The notes beneath the pieces were generated by a model. That model was not told where the DNA came from. It saw nothing but the letters and a program-made list of their open reading frames with translations, and did not search any database. A stretch of 64,000 nucleotides of DNA from Bacteroidota bacterium (lineage in GTDB: Bacteria > Bacteroidota > Bacteroidia > AKYH767-A > 2013-40CM-41-45). Numbering within the stretch: position 1 is the stretch's first letter; every line of letters starts with the position of its first letter. Both the position numbers and the translations under genes were made by a program. The stretch spans positions 8,188 to 72,187 of the forward strand of contig JAPLDA010000011.1 of the NCBI GenBank assembly GCA_026391945.1. The letters run 5' to 3'. Shown here piece by piece: positions 27,314 to 36,524 of the stretch.

Positions 27314-29035
27314 ATGATCGTGGATGTTAAGGAAAAAAGGTGGTCTTTGAAGGAGTCCGGAAACCCTGAAGTAGTTGCAACTCTTGCATCGCAACTGAAC
27401 ATCAGCACCCTTCTGAGCAATTTACTGGTACAGCGTGGAATTACGACATTTGAAGAAGCGAAGAATTTTTTCAGGCCGACCATCAGCGATTTGCATGATC
27501 CCTTCCTGATGAAAGACATGGATAAAGCCGTCATCCGGCTTGAACAGGCAATTCAGAAAAAGGAAAACATTCTGGTGTATGGTGATTATGATGTGGATGG
27601 CACCACGGCCGTTGCACTCGTTTATTCATTCATCAGAACATTATACAGCGAAGTCGATTACTATCTTCCCGACCGGTACAAAGAAGGCTATGGTGTTTCC
27701 ATGGCCGGAATTGATTTTGCCCACGATAATAATTTCACGCTGATCATCGCCCTTGATTGCGGGATCAAAGCGAACGACAAAGTGGATTATGCAAAGAAGC
27801 TGGGCATCGATTTCATCATCTGCGATCACCATCGTCCGGGCGACCAGTTGCCGGATGCCGTGGCCGTACTGGATCCGAAACGCCCCGATTGCACGTATCC
27901 GTTCAATGAACTTTCAGGCTGCGGTATTGGTTTTAAACTGGCGCAAGCTTACGCACAGAAGCACAACATTCCTTTTTCGGAACTCGAGCGTTACCTCGAC
28001 CTGGTAGCCATCAGCACGGCCGCCGATATTGTTCCCATCATCGGTGAAAACAGGATACTCGTTTATTTCGGTCTCCAGTGGCTCAATAAAAATCCGCGGC
28101 CAGGCATCAAGGCCATTCTCGACCTGGCACAGGTGAAGAGGGAACTCAATGTGAGTGATGTGGTATTCATCATCGGTCCGCGCATCAACGCTGCCGGAAG
28201 AATCCAGGATGCGCGACAGGCTGTCGACCTCCTCATCACAGCCAACAGCACCGATGCTTTGTTTGAAGGAGAAAAAATTAATGAAAGCAATGTGGAACGC
28301 AGAACCCTTGACCTCAGCATTACGGAACATGCCCTGCTGATGGTACAGGAGGATCCTCACTTCGGTAAAAAAAAATCAACCGTGTTGTTTCATCCCGAAT
28401 GGCATAAAGGAGTGATCGGAATTGTGGCTTCGAGACTCACCGAAAAATATTACCGCCCGACCATCATCCTTACCGAATCCAATGGCATGGCAACAGGATC
28501 GGCGCGCTCCATCAAGGATTTTGATATTTACAATGCCATTGAATCGTGCAGCGACCTGCTCGACCAGTTTGGCGGACACATGTATGCCGCAGGCCTCACC
28601 ATGAAACTGGAGAATATAGAAAAGTTCATGGAGCGGTTTGAAGAAGTGGTTTCAGCAACGCTGGATGAAAGCATCATGACCCAGGAAATTGAAATTGATG
28701 GAGTCATTGCATTCAGGGATATCACACCTTCTTTTTTCAAGGTACTCAAACAGTTCGCCCCGTTTGGTCCCGCCAACATGAGCCCTGTTTTCAAAACCGA
28801 AAACGTTCGCGATACAGGCCTTTCGAGAATCGTCGGAAACAATCACCTCAAACTGAACCTGGCGGAAGATGAAACAACACGGTTCGGAATTGATGCCATT
28901 GCTTTTCAGTTAGGTCAGTTCTACCCGATGGTATCGCGTAAAATTCCTTTTGATATTTGTTATACCCTTGAAGAAAATGTGTGGAATGGAAAAACCACCA
29001 TCCAGTTGAATGTGAAAGACATCCAGTTGAAATAA
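27314..29035 (+). CDS. recJ: Single-stranded DNA exonuclease RecJ
   Basis: YGDYDVDG, CDHH, GPRINAAGR, GSARS, FGGH..AAG. Confidence 0.97.
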   Translation: MIVDVKEKRWSLKESGNPEVVATLASQLNISTLLSNLLVQRGITTFEEAKNFFRPTISDLHDPFLMKDMDKAVIRLEQAIQKKENILVYGDYDVDGTTAVALVYSFIRTLYSEVDYYLPDRYKEGYGVSMAGIDFAHDNNFTLIIALDCGIKANDKVDYAKKLGIDFIICDHHRPGDQLPDAVAVLDPKRPDCTYPFNELSGCGIGFKLAQAYAQKHNIPFSELERYLDLVAISTAADIVPIIGENRILVYFGLQWLNKNPRPGIKAILDLAQVKRELNVSDVVFIIGPRINAAGRIQDARQAVDLLITANSTDALFEGEKINESNVERRTLDLSITEHALLMVQEDPHFGKKKSTVLFHPEWHKGVIGIVASRLTEKYYRPTIILTESNGMATGSARSIKDFDIYNAIESCSDLLDQFGGHMYAAGLTMKLENIEKFMERFEEVVSATLDESIMTQEIEIDGVIAFRDITPSFFKVLKQFAPFGPANMSPVFKTENVRDTGLSRIVGNNHLKLNLAEDETTRFGIDAIAFQLGQFYPMVSRKIPFDICYTLEENVWNGKTTIQLNVKDIQLK

Positions 29036-29048
29036 AATATCCCCGATG

Positions 29049-29405
29049 TCATAATTCGTATTCCCGCGGAGAGTTCAGTGAATTGAAAATGGAATTTGCC
29101 AGGGAAAGAACGAGGCTGAAGAAAAAAGCGGTCCAGAATCCGTCGACACGGAATCCGTCAACGAGTTTACTTGCAAACAAAATCATAATGGCATTGATGA
29201 CCAGCAGGAAAAATCCAAGTGTAAAAAGTGTGATGGGAATCGTGAGGACAACGAGGACGGGCTTGACAATGGCATTTAAACCGGAAAGTACGAGTGCAAC
29301 CAGCAATGCCGTGAATGCTCCGTCAATATGAACACCGGGAAGGATGTAGGATGTCACAAGAACAGCAAGGGTGCTGATAACCAGGCGGCCTAAAAATTCT
29401 TTCAT
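29049..29405 (-). CDS. YvlD-like 4-TM membrane protein (phage holin 4_2 family)
   Basis: LNAIVKPVL..LTIPIT.FTLG.FLLVINA; GF.VDGFWTA. ATG 29405 preferred. Confidence 0.85.
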   Translation of the reverse strand: MKEFLGRLVISTLAVLVTSYILPGVHIDGAFTALLVALVLSGLNAIVKPVLVVLTIPITLFTLGFFLLVINAIMILFASKLVDGFRVDGFWTAFFFSLVLSLANSIFNSLNSPREYEL

Positions 29406-29483
29406 AAATTTTCGTAAAGGTAGAACTTCTGTGATCAATCCACAAAGAAGCAATTGCTCACTTGCAGAACAGAAAAGAATAAA

Positions 29484-29491
29484 TAATTTTG
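29484..29491 (+). promoter_or_regulatory. -7 promoter element for gdh
   Basis: TAATTTTG, 19 bp before the ATG. Confidence 0.55.
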
Positions 29492-29510
29492 CGCCCCTAA
29501 ATCTATAACG

Positions 29511-30935
29511 ATGAGCAACAGCATGGACAACGGCAGTAAGTTTTACTCTGACGTATTATCTTATTTTGACAAAGCGGCGGCATTCACCGATTTTGAACCG
29601 GGATTGTTACAGCAGATAAAGGTGTGCAACAGCACCTACCGGTTTAATTTTCCGATCGAAGTAGACGGAAAGCTACAGGTTATTGAAGGGATCCGCGTAC
29701 AGCATAGTCATCATAAGACTCCCACCAAAGGCGGGATTCGCTATAGTGAATTTGTGAATCCGGATGAAGTGCGGGCGCTTGCAACCCTCATGACTTTCAA
29801 ATGTGCTGTGGTGGATGTACCATTCGGCGGAGCCAAAGGCGGTATCCGGATTAACCCAAGATTATATACTGAAAAACAACTGGAGCGGATTACCCGCCGG
29901 TACACGACTGAACTGATCAAAAAAAGTATGATCGGTGCTGCCATTGATGTTCCGGCTCCTGATTACGGAAGCGGTGCCAGGGAAATGGCATGGATTGCCG
30001 ATACATATGCCACTTTTAAATACGATGACCTGAATGCCATGGCTTGTGTAACCGGTAAGCCGCTTGGGCAAGGAGGTATACAGGGAAGAACGGAAGCAAC
30101 CGGGCAGGGTTTGTATTTTGGGGTGCGTGAAGCCCTCAGCCAGGCTGATGATATGAGAGCCATTGGATTAACCACCGGTATTGAAGGAAAAAAAATTATT
30201 GTACAGGGTTTGGGAAATGTAGGATTCTATTCTTCCAAGTTCTGCATGGAAGGCGGCGGTATCATCGTCGGTATTGCAGAACGGGAAGGCGGCATCTACA
30301 ATGAAAAAGGACTGGATATTGAAAAAGTTTTTGCTCATCGCAAGGAAACAGGTTCCATCCTGAATTATCCCGGTGCAAAGAATTACAACAATTCCATGGA
30401 GTTGCTGGAAGCTGATTGTGATATCCTGATTCCCGCTGCTTTGGAAAACCAGATCACCGGTGAAAACGCGCCGAGGATCAAGGCGAAGATGATTGCTGAA
30501 GGCGCCAACGGACCCGTCACCAAAGAAGCGGAAGAAATTCTCGTGAAGAAAAATGTACTCATCATTCCCGATCTGTACCTGAACGCCGGCGGAGTAACGG
30601 TTTCTTATTTTGAATGGCTGAAAAATCTTTCACACGTTCGTTTTGGCCGTATGGAAAAACGTTTCCAGGAAATGTCGAGCGCGCAGTTGCTTGGCGCTGT
30701 CGAGAAAATAGCCGGTAAATCTTTAGATCCGATTGCCCGCAAGGTGCTCACTCATGGCGCCGATGAAATTGACCTGGTGCGTTCGGGTTTGGAAGAAACT
30801 ATGATTTATTCGTACAATGAAATCCGGGAAACGAAGAAACAAAACAAGAAGATTGAAGATTTGCGTACGGCAGCTTTCGTAAGTGGAATCAATAAACTTG
30901 GCGTGAGCTACCAGGCGATGGGAATTTTCCCTTGA
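29511..30935 (+). CDS. gdhA: Glutamate dehydrogenase (Glu/Leu/Phe/Val family)
   Basis: KGGIRY, PFGGAKGG, DVPAPD, GRTEATG, QGLGNVG, EGANGP, NAGGVTVSYFEW. Confidence 0.92.
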   Translation: MSNSMDNGSKFYSDVLSYFDKAAAFTDFEPGLLQQIKVCNSTYRFNFPIEVDGKLQVIEGIRVQHSHHKTPTKGGIRYSEFVNPDEVRALATLMTFKCAVVDVPFGGAKGGIRINPRLYTEKQLERITRRYTTELIKKSMIGAAIDVPAPDYGSGAREMAWIADTYATFKYDDLNAMACVTGKPLGQGGIQGRTEATGQGLYFGVREALSQADDMRAIGLTTGIEGKKIIVQGLGNVGFYSSKFCMEGGGIIVGIAEREGGIYNEKGLDIEKVFAHRKETGSILNYPGAKNYNNSMELLEADCDILIPAALENQITGENAPRIKAKMIAEGANGPVTKEAEEILVKKNVLIIPDLYLNAGGVTVSYFEWLKNLSHVRFGRMEKRFQEMSSAQLLGAVEKIAGKSLDPIARKVLTHGADEIDLVRSGLEETMIYSYNEIRETKKQNKKIEDLRTAAFVSGINKLGVSYQAMGIFP

Positions 30936-30939
30936 TCAC

Positions 30940-31341
30940 TCAGAAGTGAAAGCTTCCTGAAGCGAGGTAAATCAAACCAGCATAGAGAACGCCACCAGCC
31001 AGCGTTTGCATTAGCATCACCAAAACCTTTTTACGATCCCGGGCAATTTGTCCGGGATCATTTATTTTCTGAAGGTTCCCCAATTTCCCGAAATTGATTT
31101 TTTTTATCCAGCCGAACAGCACGCAGAAACGGCTGCGTACCTGCAGGTACATCAATAGCGTAAATGCTGATGAAAAAAATAGCAGCAACAACACAAATAG
31201 AGAATGGTAAAAATGGAAACTCAAAACAGTCAGCACCAGGGTGATGATCACTGCAACGTTGAGTTCTTTTTTTCTTTTCGCAACCTCGTCTTTACCGATG
31301 TTACAAAATCCGGGGATGTATCCGTCGGGTTCGTTCTTCAT
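30940..31341 (-). CDS. Small membrane protein with conserved Cys motifs
   Basis: YIPGFCNIG..E...R, three TM segments, RFCV.FG. Confidence 0.7.
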   Translation of the reverse strand: MKNEPDGYIPGFCNIGKDEVAKRKKELNVAVIITLVLTVLSFHFYHSLFVLLLLFFSSAFTLLMYLQVRSRFCVLFGWIKKINFGKLGNLQKINDPGQIARDRKKVLVMLMQTLAGGVLYAGLIYLASGSFHF

Positions 31342-31386
31342 TGGGGTTGATAAATTCTCCCGGGAGCATTATAAAAAGAAGGGAAA

Positions 31387-32640
31387 CTAAGAATCGTATT
31401 TTCCGAAAATAACGGAAGCATTGTGCCCGCCGAAACCGAAGGTATTGCTCATGGCATTACGAACGGTGCGCTTCTGAGCTTTGTTAAAAGTAAAATTCAG
31501 TTTAGGATCAAACTGCGGGTCATCTGTAAAATGGTTGATGGTAGGAGGAACGAGATCATGAATAACGGCCATGATGGAGGCAATGGCTTCAACAGCACCG
31601 GCCGCTCCCAGCAAATGGCCCGTCATCGATTTGGTTGAACTGATGTTCAGCTTATAGGCATTTTCACCAAAGACTCCGAGGATGGCTTTTGTTTCACTTA
31701 CATCTCCCAATGGAGTGGATGTACCGTGAACGTTGATGTAATCAATATCTGCCGTACTCATTCCGGCATCATCCAGAACGGCGCGCATTACATTCAATGC
31801 ACCGAGACCTTCAGGATGCGGAGCCGTGATGTGATGAGCATCCGCCGACATGCCGCCGCCTAACATCTCTGCATAAATTTTTGCACCGCGCGCCTTTGCA
31901 TGTTCCAGTTCTTCGAGGATGATGCAACCGGCACCTTCTCCTAAAACAAATCCGTCGCGATTGAGATCGAAAGGACGGGAAGCTGTTTTCGGATCATCGT
32001 TCCGAAGGCTCAATGCCTGGAGTGCATTGAATCCACCTACACCGGCTTCCGTCACGGAAGCTTCTGATCCGCCGCTGACGATGATATCGGCTTTTCCAAG
32101 ACGGATGTAATTGAATGAATCAATCAAAGCATTGGTGGAAGAAGCGCAGGCGGATACAGTGGTGAAGTTGGGTCCCCGGAAACCATATTTAATGGAAATG
32201 TGCCCGGAAGCGATGTCAGAAATAATCTTCGGAATAAAGAACGGGTTGAAGCGTGGTGTTCCATCGCCTTTGCTGAATTCCATCACCTCTTCCTGGAAAG
32301 TCCGCAGCCCGCCAATACCGGAACCCCAGATCACACCGATACGGTCGTGGTTTTCTTTATCCGGCTGGATCCCGGAATCTTTAATGGCTTCTTCGGCCAC
32401 TGCCAGTGCGAAGTGTGTAAACCGGTCGAGTTTCCGAGCTTCTTTCCGGTCAAAAAATTTAGTGACATCAAAACCCTTCACTTCGCAGGCAAAACGGGTT
32501 TTGAATTTGGTTGCATCAAAGAGGGTCGTATGATCAGCGCCGCTCACGCCATTCATCAACCCGTTCCAGTATTCCTGTAACGTGTTGCCTAACGGAGTAA
32601 GCGCACCGATCCCGGTTACAACAACCCTTTTTAATTGCAT
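31387..32640 (-). CDS. fabF: Beta-ketoacyl-ACP synthase II
   Basis: RVVVTGIG, SACASS, HGTSTPLGD, GHLLGAAG, SNTFGFGGHN. Confidence 0.97.
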   Translation of the reverse strand: MQLKRVVVTGIGALTPLGNTLQEYWNGLMNGVSGADHTTLFDATKFKTRFACEVKGFDVTKFFDRKEARKLDRFTHFALAVAEEAIKDSGIQPDKENHDRIGVIWGSGIGGLRTFQEEVMEFSKGDGTPRFNPFFIPKIISDIASGHISIKYGFRGPNFTTVSACASSTNALIDSFNYIRLGKADIIVSGGSEASVTEAGVGGFNALQALSLRNDDPKTASRPFDLNRDGFVLGEGAGCIILEELEHAKARGAKIYAEMLGGGMSADAHHITAPHPEGLGALNVMRAVLDDAGMSTADIDYINVHGTSTPLGDVSETKAILGVFGENAYKLNISSTKSMTGHLLGAAGAVEAIASIMAVIHDLVPPTINHFTDDPQFDPKLNFTFNKAQKRTVRNAMSNTFGFGGHNASVIFGKYDS

Positions 32641-32651
32641 CGTCTTGAAAT

Positions 32652-32888
32652 TTACTTGGCGTTCTTCTCAATATAATCGATCGCCTGTCCAACCGTTGCA
32701 ATTTTTTCTGCCTGGTCATCAGGAATGGCAATGTTGAATTCTTTTTCAAACTCCATGATCAATTCAACGGTGTCCAGTGAGTCAGCACCAAGATCATTGG
32801 TGAAGCTGGCTTCGTTGGTTACTTCTTTCTCATCAACCCCTAATTTGTCGATGATAATGGCTTTTACTTTTGTAGCAATGTCTGACAT
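32652..32888 (-). CDS. acpP: Acyl carrier protein
   Basis: [20 protein letters not shown]. Confidence 0.98.
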   Translation of the reverse strand: MSDIATKVKAIIIDKLGVDEKEVTNEASFTNDLGADSLDTVELIMEFEKEFNIAIPDDQAEKIATVGQAIDYIEKNAK

Positions 32889-33098
32889 GTTTGTAATCGT
32901 TTAATAGTTAATTTAAAATTTGAGGGTGCAAAGTAAAAATTAAAGTGGTTAACTTCAAAATGCAGATCAAATTCATTTCATATTTAAATAGACAGGAAAC
33001 AGAGACTGAAAATTCTATTTTTTTCTTTGAATGAATATTAAAATCGTCATAAAACTAATCAATTCTTTTAATCATCTTATCTTTACCGGCAAATTTCA

Positions 33099-33578
33099 AT
33101 GATGCACCGACCAAGTTTTGACGAAATTTACATGGAGCTGGCTCAGAACCTGGCGCCTAAATCGCACTGCGTGAAGATTAAAGTGGGAGCTGTGCTCACC
33201 AAGGATACCCGGATTGTATCGCTGGGGTACAACGGCCCTCCAGCCGGCACCCATAACTGCGATGAAGAATGGCCTGAAGCCGGCTGCCCGCGCGACAGCA
33301 AAGGAAGTTGTTCGCTTGCCCTGCATGCTGAACAAAATGCAATTCTGTATGCTTCCAAAAACAACGTAGCCATTGAAGGCTGCACCTTGTATGTCACCCT
33401 TTCCCCTTGCCTTGCCTGTGCGCGGATCATTTACACGATGGGAATTAAAAAAGTTTATTACCTGCAGTCGTATGCTCACTACAAAGGCATCGGTTCGGAT
33501 GAAGGCGTTGATTTCCTTAGGAGATTCGGTGTGGAGGTCAGGCAATTCCAGGTAACGGAGGAAACGGCTTTAAAATAA
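33099..33578 (+). CDS. dCMP deaminase family protein (ComEB-like)
   Basis: GYNGPP, HAEQNA, PCLAC zinc motifs. Confidence 0.92.
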   Translation: MMHRPSFDEIYMELAQNLAPKSHCVKIKVGAVLTKDTRIVSLGYNGPPAGTHNCDEEWPEAGCPRDSKGSCSLALHAEQNAILYASKNNVAIEGCTLYVTLSPCLACARIIYTMGIKKVYYLQSYAHYKGIGSDEGVDFLRRFGVEVRQFQVTEETALK

Positions 33579-33730
33579 ACAAGCTGTTCATATCAAACGT
33601 ACATCTTCCATGATTTTCCATACCTGGTGATCAGCCGGGAAATAAAAAATCATGTTGGAACGTTCTCAATGCATCAAGTAGAAATACGTATTCAGTACAG
33701 TCATCACTCTCATTCATCAACCTTCATCAA

Positions 33731-35350
33731 GTGAATAAATTTAAAATCTGGTCACCGCTGCTGTTTTCATGTGTTCTCGTTATCGGCATCTACGTTGGAA
33801 TGCGGATGAATGAGCCTTTTAAGAATTCAAATGCTCTTTTTTCTTTCCGAAGCAACCAGTTCAACAAAATCAACGATGTGGTCAACTACATCAACCAGGA
33901 ATACGTGGACACCATCAACCAGAAGAAACTGGTTGAAAATACCATTGAAGGCATGCTGCATACGCTGGATCCTCATTCAGCCTACATTCCTGCCAGCGAA
34001 TTGCAGGCGATGAATGAACCGCTCGAAGGAAATTTTGAGGGCATCGGCGTGGAATTTCACATTCAGAATGATACCATCATGGTGGTATCGGCCGTATCCG
34101 GTGGCCCTTCCGAGCAATTAGGCATCCGCTCAGGTGACCGGATTGTAAAAGTAAACGGGAAAAATGTGGCCGGCACCGGTATTTCCAATACGCAGGTTAC
34201 CCAGTTGCTGAGAGGAACAAGCGGCAGCAAAGTGAATGTAAGTATTGCGAGAAGAGGCATCGACAAGTTGATTGATTATACCATCACACGAGGTAAAATT
34301 CCGATTTACAGCGTGGATGTTTCTTACATGCTCGACAAAAATACCGGTTACATTAAGATCAGTCATTTCGCAGAACGTACCTACGATGAATACATCGAAG
34401 GATTCATGAAACTGAAAAACGAGGGAATGAAAAACCTGGTTCTCGATCTTCGTGGAAACCCGGGTGGCTACCTCAAAACGGCTATCCAGATTGCCGATGA
34501 ATTTCTTCCGGAGAAAAAGTTAATCGTTTACACACAGGGACGTTCGCGTCCACGTGAAACGTATTACGCAACCTCACGCGGATTTTTTGAGCAAGGTGCT
34601 TTGGCGGTGCTCATGGACGAAGGAAGTGCTTCGGCAAGTGAAATCGTCGCCGGCGCTTTGCAGGACCAGGATCGTGCGACCATCATTGGCAGGAGATCAT
34701 TCGGTAAAGGATTGGTACAGGAGCAGAGCCAGTTTCCGGATGGTTCGGCCATCAGGCTTACCATTGCGCGGTATTACACACCAACCGGCAGGTGCATTCA
34801 GAAACCTTATGTGGATGGTTATGAAGAATACCAGAATGAATTGTTCGAGCGGATGAAAAAAGGAGAACTTGAAAAAACGGACAGCATTCATTTTTCCGAT
34901 TCACTGAAATACAAAACTCCGGCAGGAAAAATTGTGTATGGCGGAGGCGGCATCATGCCGGATACTTTTGTTCCGCTGGATACGACGGGCATGTCCTCTT
35001 TCTTTACTGATGCCAACAGCAAAGGGCTGATTACCCAGTTCGCCTACGATTACCTCGATCAGAACAGGAAGTCGTTTGAAAAATATAAATCGTTCCCGGA
35101 TTTCAACAAAACATTTTCAGTGAATGATGAAATCTATCATGAGTTCTCCAGGTATGCCATGAAAAATGAAGTGACGAAAGATGAGAAAGGGGAAAAAATT
35201 TCTTCCCGCCTCATTCGTGTTCAGCTTAAGGCTCTCATCGCTCGTCAGCTCTGGAAAAATGATGGTTTTTATCCTGTGATCCAGGAATCCGACCAGGCGC
35301 TGAAGAAAGCATTGCAACTCATCAGCCTGCATGAAGTGGCGGAGAAGTGA
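33731..35350 (+). CDS. S41 family C-terminal processing peptidase
   Basis: LDPHS, PDZ (FEGIG), LDLRGNPGG, SASASEIVAGALQD, SFGKGLVQ, RYYTPTGRCIQ. Confidence 0.95.
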   Translation: MNKFKIWSPLLFSCVLVIGIYVGMRMNEPFKNSNALFSFRSNQFNKINDVVNYINQEYVDTINQKKLVENTIEGMLHTLDPHSAYIPASELQAMNEPLEGNFEGIGVEFHIQNDTIMVVSAVSGGPSEQLGIRSGDRIVKVNGKNVAGTGISNTQVTQLLRGTSGSKVNVSIARRGIDKLIDYTITRGKIPIYSVDVSYMLDKNTGYIKISHFAERTYDEYIEGFMKLKNEGMKNLVLDLRGNPGGYLKTAIQIADEFLPEKKLIVYTQGRSRPRETYYATSRGFFEQGALAVLMDEGSASASEIVAGALQDQDRATIIGRRSFGKGLVQEQSQFPDGSAIRLTIARYYTPTGRCIQKPYVDGYEEYQNELFERMKKGELEKTDSIHFSDSLKYKTPAGKIVYGGGGIMPDTFVPLDTTGMSSFFTDANSKGLITQFAYDYLDQNRKSFEKYKSFPDFNKTFSVNDEIYHEFSRYAMKNEVTKDEKGEKISSRLIRVQLKALIARQLWKNDGFYPVIQESDQALKKALQLISLHEVAEK

Positions 35351-35469
35351 ATGTGTGAGTGTGTGAGTGTTTAAGTGCTTGAGTACATGAGTAGCTGCTT
35401 TAACACTTGCATACACCATCCACACATACTGAAACACTGACGCACTTAAACACTAAAAAACATCAACAC
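35351..35469. repeat. Inverted array of degenerate octamer repeats (long hairpin)
   Basis: GTGTGAGT GTGTGAGT GTTTAAGT GCTTGAGT ACATGAGT followed by complementary units; perfect IR AGTGTTTAAGTGC (35366-35378) / GCACTTAAACACT (35442-35454). Confidence 0.75.
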
Positions 35470-35476
35470 TTTTTTG

Positions 35477-35484
35477 TATTTTTG
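35477..35484 (+). promoter_or_regulatory. -7 promoter element for sodA
   Basis: TATTTTTG matches TAnnTTTG. Confidence 0.5.
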
Positions 35485-35531
35485 CTCCTCATTCATTCTG
35501 AGAAATTCTAACCATTTAACTCCCTTCACTC

Positions 35532-36140
35532 ATGTCATTTCAATTGCCTTCTCTTCCTTATGCATTCAATGCACTGGAACCTCATGTAGATGCACGCACG
35601 ATGGAAATCCATCATGGCAAGCACCACGCTGCTTATGTGAACAACCTGAATGCTGCCATCACAGGTACCGACGCCGACAAACTCAGCATCGAAGAAATTT
35701 GTAAAAATATTTCCAACTATGCTCCCGCTGTTCGCAACAACGGCGGCGGACATTATAATCATTCATTATTCTGGACCCTGATGACTCCGGGAGGCAGCAA
35801 AACTCCCGAAGGAGAACTTGCCCATGCAATCAATTCAGCATTCGGAACGTTTGATGAATTCAAAACCAAATTCGCCAGTGCCGGCGCCACACGGTTTGGC
35901 AGCGGATGGGCCTGGCTGATTGTAAACGATGGTAAACTGGTGGTCGGTTCCACTCCGAACCAGGATAATCCTTTGATGGATATTTCGGATCTGAAAGGAA
36001 AGCCTGTTCTCGCTCTCGATGTATGGGAACATGCCTATTATTTGAATTACCAGAACCGCAGGCCTGATTACATCACGGCCTGGTGGAACGTGGTGAACTG
36101 GGACCTGGTGGCAAAGAATTTCACGGAAGCAATGAAATAG
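35532..36140 (+). CDS. sodA: Superoxide dismutase [Mn/Fe], Mn-type signature
   Basis: [35 protein letters not shown]. Confidence 0.95.
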   Translation: MSFQLPSLPYAFNALEPHVDARTMEIHHGKHHAAYVNNLNAAITGTDADKLSIEEICKNISNYAPAVRNNGGGHYNHSLFWTLMTPGGSKTPEGELAHAINSAFGTFDEFKTKFASAGATRFGSGWAWLIVNDGKLVVGSTPNQDNPLMDISDLKGKPVLALDVWEHAYYLNYQNRRPDYITAWWNVVNWDLVAKNFTEAMK

Positions 36141-36168
36141 AATGATCCATGATGATGTAATCCTAATA

Positions 36169-36198
36169 GCCCCGGCTGAATGTCCGGGGTTTCTTTTT
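36169..36198 (+). terminator. Intrinsic terminator after sodA
   Basis: GCCCCGG-loop-CCGGGGT-TTCTTTTT. Confidence 0.75.
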
Positions 36199-36215
36199 GG
36201 TGCATGGTCATGGAA

Positions 36216-36341
36216 TCAGGTGAGAAAGATGAACCCAAGAATGAACATGAGTATCATGATCAGCAAGGCCCACAGGTCGGCTGGAAAAAAATCTTTGTAT
36301 TTGTAATAGGCTGTCTGTATTTTTTCTTTTAGCTTTTTCAT
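36216..36341 (-). CDS. 41-aa small membrane protein (below the ORF-track cutoff)
   Basis: MKKLKEKIQTAYYKYKDFFPADLWALLIMILMFILGFIFLT*: basic N-terminus and one C-terminal TM helix; fills the sodA-AsmA gap. Confidence 0.6.
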   Translation of the reverse strand: MKKLKEKIQTAYYKYKDFFPADLWALLIMILMFILGFIFLT

Positions 36342-36524
36342 CTGCAGCAATAGTAGGAATTGTTTTTCATTGCTGTGAACCTGTCTTGGAATTCATGGAA
36401 AAAAGTTTGCAGCGGCTAACCAATGCACCTTTTTATCGTATCAGTTTCTTTAAGATCCCGATACAGATTAAAATTTCTCCATCATGGTTTCGTTCATGAC
36501 CCAAAGGATTCAAACAGCAACACG

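Noticed and set aside
29049-29405. 'Phage holin' as a sign of a prophage
   Set aside because: YvlD-type proteins are common chromosomal genes, and no endolysin, structural or integrase genes are nearby.
33099-33578. dCMP deaminase as an anti-phage dCTP deaminase
   Set aside because: It is a short single-domain ComEB-like protein without the kinase-like domain, in a housekeeping context.
35351-35469. Repeat arrays (also 11289-11368) as CRISPR
   Set aside because: Units are 8-10 bp, degenerate and inverted, with no spacers and no cas genes.
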